Positions 7,787 through 13,399 of a stretch of DNA of 20,000 nucleotides are shown here, piece after piece. The stretch comes from an uncultured virus (IMG/VR IMGVR_UViG_3300030103_005378) (lineage: Duplodnaviria; Heunggongvirae; Uroviricota; Caudoviricetes), in the IMG/VR virus record IMGVR_UViG_3300030103_005378; one strand, given 5' to 3'. The translations under genes and the position numbers were made by a program. A model generated the notes under the pieces. It was given only the letters and a program-made list of their open reading frames with translations. It was not told the origin of the DNA and did no database searches. The stretch's first letter is position 1; each line of letters starts with the position of its first letter.

Positions 7787-7972
7787 ATGAAAAGAGTTGA
7801 AATAAAAGGTACTGACAATAGAGATATTTACACTACAGATGTTATACTAGAAAACAACACAGTGGTAGAAATAAATCCTATTAACTTATTTGAAAATGTA
7901 ATATTAAATAGGGATGAAAGTAAAGAATTGGAATTAATGTTTAATAAATTGGTTAAAAAATTAAAGGAATAG
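7787..7972 (+). CDS. Hypothetical protein
   Basis: 61-aa ORF after promoter element. Confidence 0.75.
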   Translation: MKRVEIKGTDNRDIYTTDVILENNTVVEINPINLFENVILNRDESKELELMFNKLVKKLKE

Positions 7973-8006
7973 TTTAATTTACTAGAAATTTGTATATTGT
8001 ATTATA
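7965..8006 (+). promoter_or_regulatory. Repeated early promoter element 13
   Basis: AGGAA 7965; TTTGTATATTGTATTATA, G at 7992. Confidence 0.8.
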
Positions 8007-8025
8007 ATTAAAAAGATAAAATAAA

Positions 8026-8379
8026 ATGGGAAGAAAATTTAGAGTTATTGAAGATGTATGTACAGGAATTGTTGATTACAGAATTGATGAAGAAATGTTT
8101 GTAGGTGATGAATGGAAAGATTGTTTTAGTGATGTATTTTATAAAGGAGATGTTTATGAAGTAATGAATGATCATATTATGAATGAATTTAAATCTGATG
8201 AAGATGGTGAAATGATTGAACCTGAATTAATGTGTATTAAAGGAAAAAATAAAATTAGTATGGAAGAAGTATTAGATATGAATACTAGTGAAGATGATTT
8301 ATATTATAGTACTATAGGAATGGAATATAGTAATTTTTATTGGGAAGGTTTTAAAGAATTTGTTGAAGAGATAAAATAA
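8026..8379 (+). CDS. Acidic hypothetical protein (DNA-mimic candidate)
   Basis: 117 aa, about 31 D/E vs 12 K/R by hand count. Confidence 0.8.
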   Translation: MGRKFRVIEDVCTGIVDYRIDEEMFVGDEWKDCFSDVFYKGDVYEVMNDHIMNEFKSDEDGEMIEPELMCIKGKNKISMEEVLDMNTSEDDLYYSTIGMEYSNFYWEGFKEFVEEIK

Positions 8380-8421
8380 AGGAATATTTATTTTAATAGA
8401 AATTTTATATATTATATTATA
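8380..8421 (+). promoter_or_regulatory. Repeated early promoter element 14 (G to A variant)
   Basis: AGGAA 8380; TTTATATATTATATTATA at the same spacing (8407). Confidence 0.65.
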
Positions 8422-8468
8422 TTTAAAAAGTTAAATTATTAAAAATTAAAAGTTAAAAAAGGTAAATT

Positions 8469-8882
8469 ATGGGTAAATTAAGTAGAATTGAGTTAGATGT
8501 TGTTAGTAATGAAGTTTATAGTAAAGTTGTAGAGGAAGTTAATGATAAATGTTTAAAAATTGTTAATGAAAATGTTGATTTTAGTTTATTAGAGGAATTA
8601 AGAGAAGTAGAATTAAAAAAGGAAAAATTAGAAAATGAATTAAATGATTTTGTTAATAAGGTTAATGATGAATTTAATATTAGAATTACTTATAATAGTG
8701 TAGGAAGATATGGTTATAAGGAAAATAAAAATTTGTTTAATATTGTAGGAAGTGTTGATTATAATTGTAAAAGAAATATTGAAAAAGAATTAATATTAAA
8801 TGGTATTGATAAAGGAATTGATATTAAAGAATTAATTAATAATATGGTTAAGGATTTTGTAAGTAAAGAATTTAAGAGTTAA
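8469..8882 (+). CDS. Hypothetical coiled-coil protein; gene contains a single C
   Basis: 137-aa ORF; only C is at 8689. Confidence 0.85.
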   Translation: MGKLSRIELDVVSNEVYSKVVEEVNDKCLKIVNENVDFSLLEELREVELKKEKLENELNDFVNKVNDEFNIRITYNSVGRYGYKENKNLFNIVGSVDYNCKRNIEKELILNGIDKGIDIKELINNMVKDFVSKEFKS

Positions 8883-8904
8883 TTTTTAATTATATATAGT
8901 AATG

Positions 8905-8933
8905 GAAGTCCTGTTAAAGGACTTCTGTTATTT
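8905..8933 (+). terminator. Terminator-like hairpin overlapping promoter element 15
   Basis: GAAGTCCT-GTTAA-AGGACTTC followed by TGTTATTT. Confidence 0.65.
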
Positions 8934-8959
8934 AATAAAAATTTGTATATTGTAGTATA
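8918..8959 (+). promoter_or_regulatory. Repeated early promoter element 15
   Basis: AGGAC 8918; TTTGTATATTGTAGTATA, G at 8945. Confidence 0.8.
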
Positions 8960-8975
8960 ATTAAAAAGATAAAAT

Positions 8976-9560
8976 ATGTTTAAGGAAAGTAGTAAAGTAA
9001 AAGAGTTAAAAAGTATTAGGAAAGGTTTATTAAAAGAAAGTAATGATTTTAAAAATGAATTATTAAATAAAATATTTAAAGATTTAAATTTAAGTTTTTA
9101 TGTTAGTTATAATGATTTATATAGTGTTAAAGGAGGTGAGTGTAGAAGGTTAAAAGGATGGATTAGTAATTATAATGATGATGTATATAATAGTTTAAGT
9201 GATAAAAATAGATTAATTAGTGATAATGAAAAATTTAATAAAGTAAAAGATTATTTAAATAGTAAGGATTTTGGTAAATATGAAGTTGAAATTTGTAAAT
9301 TAAGTGATTATAGTTGGTATTGGTATAGGAATTTCTTTTTAAAATATGAAGAAAATTGGGGTAAGAATTGGTTTGATTATAAAAATGAAATGTTAGAAAA
9401 GGAAACTACTTTAATTATTAAAATTAAATGGAAAGGAGTTAATATGAATAGAGTATTAAATGAGGAAGATGGAGGATTTAGAAAAGTAGGTAAATATTGT
9501 AGTGTAACTAGGAAGTGGGTATTAACTGGTGAAATTGAAGATTTAAAAAGAGTTGTTTAA
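8976..9560 (+). CDS. Hypothetical protein; C-depleted gene
   Basis: 194-aa ORF with 5 C in 585 nt. Confidence 0.85.
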   Translation: MFKESSKVKELKSIRKGLLKESNDFKNELLNKIFKDLNLSFYVSYNDLYSVKGGECRRLKGWISNYNDDVYNSLSDKNRLISDNEKFNKVKDYLNSKDFGKYEVEICKLSDYSWYWYRNFFLKYEENWGKNWFDYKNEMLEKETTLIIKIKWKGVNMNRVLNEEDGGFRKVGKYCSVTRKWVLTGEIEDLKRVV

Positions 9561-9583
9561 ATAAAATAAAATAAATATTGTAC

Positions 9584-9625
9584 AGGACCCCCTTATATAG
9601 GGGGTTTTTTGTATATTATAGTATA
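9584..9625 (+). promoter_or_regulatory. Repeated early promoter element 16
   Basis: AGGAC 9584; TTTGTATATTATAGTATA, G at 9611. Confidence 0.8.
9587..9610 (+). terminator. Intrinsic terminator inside promoter element 16 spacer
   Basis: ACCCCCT-TATAT-AGGGGGT then TTTTT. Confidence 0.8.
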
Positions 9626-9639
9626 ATTAAAAAGGTAAT

Positions 9640-9825
9640 ATGTTAGATAAAGAAAAGGTAAATAAAATTTATAATGACTTGTTAGAATTATATAATAGTG
9701 GTGAACTAGAAGAAAGGTTAATTTTAAAAAGTGATGTTAAATTAAGAAGTTTTTTAATTGATTTATGTGGTAGTATTGGTGATGATTATAGTGTTTTTGT
9801 TGATAGAAGTTGTTTTGAGGAATAA
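9640..9825 (+). CDS. Hypothetical protein; C-depleted gene
   Basis: 61-aa ORF with 2 C. Confidence 0.75.
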   Translation: MLDKEKVNKIYNDLLELYNSGELEERLILKSDVKLRSFLIDLCGSIGDDYSVFVDRSCFEE

Positions 9826-9859
9826 GATAATTAATAAGTAATTTGTATATTATATTATA
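9818..9859 (+). promoter_or_regulatory. Repeated early promoter element 17
   Basis: AGGAA 9818; G at 9845. Confidence 0.8.
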
Positions 9860-9872
9860 ATTAAAAAGAGAT

Positions 9873-10334
9873 ATGAAATTTAAAAAAGAATATTTAAAAT
9901 TGGGTATTGTTGAAAGATTAAAAAAATTAAGGGTAATATATTATGGAGAACCATTATTAGGAAGTGGTGGTTATGATTATGGTGAAGAAGATTATTTGGA
10001 TATTAAGGGTGAGGATGATTTAGAATATAGAGTGTATAGTGAGGATGAGGGTGATTTTGATGATATATATTTTGATGAGTGGTTTAGTGATTGTGATGGG
10101 TTTGAAATTGAAGATAATGGTGATGGAGGTGATTATGGATATTATAAATTGGTAGTGGATAAAGAAAATAAAAGTATTAAAGTAATGGCAGTTCCTTGTG
10201 TATTCACTAATGCAGGATGTAGTAGTAAGAGAATATGGGGGTTTGATTGGAAAAGTGGTGAGTTGGTTAGAGAAATAAGTAATGAAGAGGTAAAAGAAAT
10301 GTTAAATAAAGATAAAAGAGCTTTTTGTGGGTAA
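9873..10334 (+). CDS. Hypothetical protein with highly acidic/aromatic core
   Basis: 153 aa; DYGEEDY...DEGDFDDIYFDEWFSDCDGFEIEDNGDGGDYGYY. Confidence 0.85.
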   Translation: MKFKKEYLKLGIVERLKKLRVIYYGEPLLGSGGYDYGEEDYLDIKGEDDLEYRVYSEDEGDFDDIYFDEWFSDCDGFEIEDNGDGGDYGYYKLVVDKENKSIKVMAVPCVFTNAGCSSKRIWGFDWKSGELVREISNEEVKEMLNKDKRAFCG

Positions 10335-10375
10335 GGAATGTTTTAATTAATATTTATTTTGTATATTATAGTATA
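10334..10375 (+). promoter_or_regulatory. Repeated early promoter element 18
   Basis: AGGAA 10334; G at 10361. Confidence 0.8.
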
Positions 10376-10391
10376 ATTAAAAAAAAAACAT

Positions 10392-10574
10392 ATGAATAAA
10401 TTAAGGTTTGTTACGGACGATATTAAAGAGTTAAAAGAATTTAAAGTTAAATTAAACGAATTGGTAGAGGATCATCATCACGGAATACATTTAATTGATG
10501 ATATATTTCACTATATAGGGCAAATAAATAAAACTTTAGATTATGTTATAATGCAGGACGAAGCAAATAAATAA
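10392..10574 (+). CDS. Hypothetical protein
   Basis: 60-aa ORF after promoter element. Confidence 0.75.
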   Translation: MNKLRFVTDDIKELKEFKVKLNELVEDHHHGIHLIDDIFHYIGQINKTLDYVIMQDEANK

Positions 10575-10596
10575 ATAATTCGTATATTATAGTATA
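10555..10596 (+). promoter_or_regulatory. Repeated early promoter element 19
   Basis: AGGAC 10555; TTCGTATATTATAGTATA, G at 10582. Confidence 0.8.
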
Positions 10597-10612
10597 ATTA
10601 AAAAATGATAAA

Positions 10613-10798
10613 ATGAATAAAATTAAATTAGAGAAGGACGCGGGATTAAGATTCCCAGCTGAGGAAGGTTTTTATGGGATAATCGTTAGTGCACGTCCTC
10701 CAATGCATGTTTGGGGAGATAAAATTTATACATTGGAAGTGTATGATAAAAATGATAAATACGTTGGTAAATGGAGTGGGAAACATGATGATTTTTAA
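10613..10798 (+). CDS. Hypothetical protein
   Basis: 61-aa ORF after promoter element. Confidence 0.75.
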   Translation: MNKIKLEKDAGLRFPAEEGFYGIIVSARPPMHVWGDKIYTLEVYDKNDKYVGKWSGKHDDF

Positions 10799-10805
10799 AT
10801 CATTA

Positions 10806-10847
10806 TGGAATTTTAAAATTAATAAATAATTTGTATATTATAGTATA
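10806..10847 (+). promoter_or_regulatory. Repeated early promoter element 20
   Basis: TGGAA 10806; G at 10833. Confidence 0.8.
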
Positions 10848-10871
10848 ATTAAAAATAAATAAAAAAAAGTT

Positions 10872-11201
10872 ATGAAAAAAGTAAGTGTAAAATTAGGACG
10901 ACCTGTTAATGTGAATAGTAAAAGACAAATTAGGTTGAGAGAATTGGAAGAAAAAAGAAAAAATGGTGAGTTGAAAAGAGGACGACCTGTTAATGAAAAT
11001 AGTGTTAGACAAAAGGAACTTGAAAGAAAAAAGTTTAATAGAGAAAATGGAATTGAGTTAAGAGGTAGAAAAGTGAATCCTTTAAGTGTAAGACAAATTA
11101 GGTTAAAGGAATTAGAAGAAAAAAGAAAAAATGGAACTTTAAAATTAGGACGACCTAAAAAAGTAAAGGTTGAAGATAGTAATGAAGTTGTAAATAAATA
11201 A
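10872..11201 (+). CDS. Basic repeat protein with AT-hook-like GRP motifs (putative DNA-binding)
   Basis: 28-aa period; GR(P/K) at residues 9, 37, 65, 93. Confidence 0.85.
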   Translation: MKKVSVKLGRPVNVNSKRQIRLRELEEKRKNGELKRGRPVNENSVRQKELERKKFNRENGIELRGRKVNPLSVRQIRLKELEEKRKNGTLKLGRPKKVKVEDSNEVVNK

Positions 11202-11257
11202 ATTAAGTTAGATAGTAAGGTTAGTTCAATAATGAAAAATGGTTTTTTGTTTGTAAA

Positions 11258-11299
11258 AGGACTAACCTTATTAATACTAAGTTTGTATATTGTAGTATA
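11258..11299 (+). promoter_or_regulatory. Repeated early promoter element 21
   Basis: AGGAC 11258; TTTGTATATTGTAGTATA, G at 11285. Confidence 0.8.
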
Positions 11300-11315
11300 A
11301 TTAAAAAAAGATAGT

Positions 11316-11483
11316 ATGTTAGAAACAATGTTAAGAGGTTATTATTATAAGTCCTACAATTTAGTATTTGTAGATGATATTATTGGTTATGTATCTCAGG
11401 AATGGTGGTATACAAATGGTAAGAAGTATTTGGAGGATGAAGGATTTAGAAAAGAAGTAAGTGATTTAATAAATAAAGTATAA
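11316..11483 (+). CDS. Small hypothetical protein (55 aa, MLETMLRGYYY...)
   Basis: Hand-translated; follows promoter element. Confidence 0.65.
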   Translation: MLETMLRGYYYKSYNLVFVDDIIGYVSQEWWYTNGKKYLEDEGFRKEVSDLINKV

Positions 11484-11501
11484 ATAAAAAAAAGAAAAAA
11501 G

Positions 11502-11726
11502 ATGATAACAATAACAATAGTTTTTATGTCATTCATAGTGAATTGCCATCTGTTAGTTTATATAAGACAAGAACAAAAAAAATACCACAACATTATTTTT
11601 AAAGTCCAAGAGGATCAGTGGGATGAAATAATACAAATAGGACGAACTGTCAGAGCTATAGATAAGAAAATAGAAGACAGTACTATTAATAAAACAGAAC
11701 TTCGGTTTAAAAAGTTTCATAGATAA
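11502..11726 (+). CDS. Hypothetical membrane-anchored protein
   Basis: 74 aa, hydrophobic N-terminus. Confidence 0.7.
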   Translation: MITITIVFMSFIVNCHLLVYIRQEQKKYHNIIFKVQEDQWDEIIQIGRTVRAIDKKIEDSTINKTELRFKKFHR

Positions 11727-11729
11727 ATA

Positions 11730-11771
11730 GGGAATACCAGTTTAAATAGGTAGTTTGTATATTGTAGTATA
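11730..11771 (+). promoter_or_regulatory. Repeated early promoter element 22
   Basis: GGGAA 11730; G at 11757; near-duplicate of element 23. Confidence 0.8.
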
Positions 11772-11787
11772 ATTTTAAAGGGTAAAT

Positions 11788-12084
11788 ATGAAAGATTTTA
11801 GTGGTTATAGTGATGACGATTTGTTAAATGAGTTAGATCATTTGAATTTAGAAATTAGTTGTGAGTTGGGTACTGAAAGAGGAACAACACTTGAGAAATT
11901 ATTTTGGTTAGTAACGAAAGAACTTGAAAGAAGAGGAATAGACCCTATTACAGGTGAAGAAATTATTGTTGGTACTGATGTACTTGATGATGACTATGAA
12001 GAAGATGTTGAGGTTGAGGAGAAAGGTAATTTTGGGTTTGGTAGAGAGGAGGGTAGGTTTGATGAGTATGATTTACCTATTTAA
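11788..12084 (+). CDS. Very acidic hypothetical protein (DNA-mimic candidate)
   Basis: 98 aa, about 30 D/E vs 9 K/R by hand count. Confidence 0.8.
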   Translation: MKDFSGYSDDDLLNELDHLNLEISCELGTERGTTLEKLFWLVTKELERRGIDPITGEEIIVGTDVLDDDYEEDVEVEEKGNFGFGREEGRFDEYDLPI

Positions 12085-12125
12085 TGAATACCAGTTTAGA
12101 TAGATAGTTCGTATATTGTAGTATA
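12084..12125 (+). promoter_or_regulatory. Repeated early promoter element 23
   Basis: ATGAA 12084 (variant); TTCGTATATTGTAGTATA, G at 12111. Confidence 0.75.
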
Positions 12126-12140
12126 ATTAAAAAAAGAAAT

Positions 12141-12344
12141 ATGTTTGAAAAAGAAATGTTGTTGGGATTGAGTAAAGAGATGAAACTAGGATTGTTGGAT
12201 GATGCTAATAAAACTGGTGAGTATACAATCGTAATGCAAATGATGAAGATACTATTGGATGCACCTATAAGTGAGGGTGGTATTAGTAGTGATGAGATAC
12301 AAGAAGTACTTGGTATGAAAAAACAGTACGGTAGGTTTAAATAA
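12141..12344 (+). CDS. Hypothetical protein
   Basis: 67-aa ORF after promoter element. Confidence 0.75.
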   Translation: MFEKEMLLGLSKEMKLGLLDDANKTGEYTIVMQMMKILLDAPISEGGISSDEIQEVLGMKKQYGRFK

Positions 12345-12355
12345 GAAATTGGTAT

Positions 12356-12536
12356 TACTCACCTCGGCGAGAGGAATGACCAAGAAATGGTTGGGTTGCT
12401 TAAAATAGAGGGGAGCAGCGAGGTGAGTATAGATATTTGGTTTAAGGGTTTTAGCCATCAAAATAAAACCCATATCTTTTTTAATTATACAATCGCCAAC
12501 GGCTCTACACCAACCCATGTGTAGGGCTTTAGGTGA
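12356..12536 (+). ncRNA. Candidate structured RNA (three-way junction, terminator-like hairpin, third hairpin)
   Basis: Perfect 11-bp stem 12356-12366/12419-12429 enclosing two small stems; GGGTTTTA/TAAAACCC stem plus T6; GCTCTACAC/GTGTAGGGC stem; no family recognised. Confidence 0.45.
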
Positions 12537-12553
12537 CCAAAAAACAAAAGTAT

Positions 12554-12805
12554 ATGACAAAGAGAGGTACAATAGCAATCATGCAAAAATTAGAGGCGCA
12601 ATCATGGGTAGCACAAGATGAGTGGAAAGAGTTATATGGTACAGATAGCAAGCATTATCGCCACCTAGAAACACGTTGGAAAACATTGTACATGGTACTC
12701 AAAGCGTGCGGATACGATCCAAATTACGATCTACGTAACCAGATGCTCAGCCAAGATATCAAGGGTAGAGGGTTAGCGAGTGCTGGTTCGTATATTGTGG
12801 TATGA
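12554..12805 (+). CDS. Hypothetical protein
   Basis: ORF track 12533..12805; ATG 12554 with A-rich leader preferred. Confidence 0.7.
   Translation: MTKRGTIAIMQKLEAQSWVAQDEWKELYGTDSKHYRHLETRWKTLYMVLKACGYDPNYDLRNQMLSQDIKGRGLASAGSYIVV
12763..12804 (+). promoter_or_regulatory. Repeated early promoter element 24 (degenerate upstream box)
   Basis: TTCGTATATTGTGGTATG, G at 12790; GGT instead of GGA at 12764. Confidence 0.65.
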
Positions 12806-13083
12806 TTAAAATGAGATTTATGGAAAATGTAATGGTGTTAAGGGAAAAAGTAATGGTTAATAATGTAGATGTCAAAAAGTTTGTTCTGTCTAGATACCCA
12901 AATCTTGATATTGCTCAAGTATGGAACAATTGGAACTGTGATACATTTAAGGTGTGGTATAATGATGTAAGTAAATATACAGGTAAGAAAAGAGTGTACA
13001 CACTTACAGTTAGATTAATGGCTGATGGTAGTTTGGTAATTGGTAAGTATGTAAATAATAAGTGGATAACTAAAACTAAGTAA
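12802..13083 (+). CDS. Hypothetical protein
   Basis: 93-aa ORF; start may be 12802 or 12811. Confidence 0.75.
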   Translation: MIKMRFMENVMVLREKVMVNNVDVKKFVLSRYPNLDIAQVWNNWNCDTFKVWYNDVSKYTGKKRVYTLTVRLMADGSLVIGKYVNNKWITKTK

Positions 13084-13084
13084 T

Positions 13085-13174
13085 ATGGTAGTTGGTATAG
13101 CAATATGGGTTGTGTTTATAATGTGTTTTAGTTGTATACTTGGTTATATTTTTTTTAAAAATTTAAATAAATAA
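13085..13174 (+). CDS. Small membrane peptide (29 aa)
   Basis: Hand-translated MVVGIAIWVVFIMCFSCILGYIFFKNLNK; TAATATG junction. Confidence 0.5.
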   Translation: MVVGIAIWVVFIMCFSCILGYIFFKNLNK

Positions 13175-13245
13175 TATGGAAAAGGATAAATATAAATATT
13201 TTAGTTTAATATTAGGTTATATGATTAAAAATTTAAATAAGTAAT

Positions 13246-13380
13246 ATGAAAGTAAAGGTAAAAAAGCATTGGGATATAGACGATAGTTGGTACATAATAC
13301 CAACAATAATAGTAGATTTAAAATGGCAATTTGTTGTATTTAGGTTTTTAAAATTTAGTTTGAATATAGATTGGTGTTAA
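13246..13380 (+). CDS. Small hypothetical protein (44 aa, MKVKVKKHWD...)
   Basis: Hand-translated; TAATATG junction, ends at hairpin. Confidence 0.5.
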   Translation: MKVKVKKHWDIDDSWYIIPTIIVDLKWQFVVFRFLKFSLNIDWC

Positions 13381-13399
13381 GGGGGTAGTACCCCTTTAT
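13379..13399 (+). terminator. Terminator-like hairpin closing the early region
   Basis: AAGGGG-GTAGTA-CCCCTT then TAT. Confidence 0.55.

Noticed and set aside
8313..10188. C depletion as a bisulfite-like or sequencing artefact
   Set aside because: Wholesale C-to-T conversion would create TAA/TGA stops; ORFs are intact, use C-free synonymous codons, and hairpin Cs are retained and paired
12356..12429. tRNA or known riboswitch
   Set aside because: Length is tRNA-like, but there is no T-loop GTTC motif or D-loop pattern and the closing stem is 11 bp; no riboswitch consensus recognised
347..12804. Repeated element as a CRISPR array or integron attC array
   Set aside because: Intervals are 180-1400 nt and contain whole genes; repeats are degenerate and promoter-like; no cas or integrase gene and no attC R/L boxes seen
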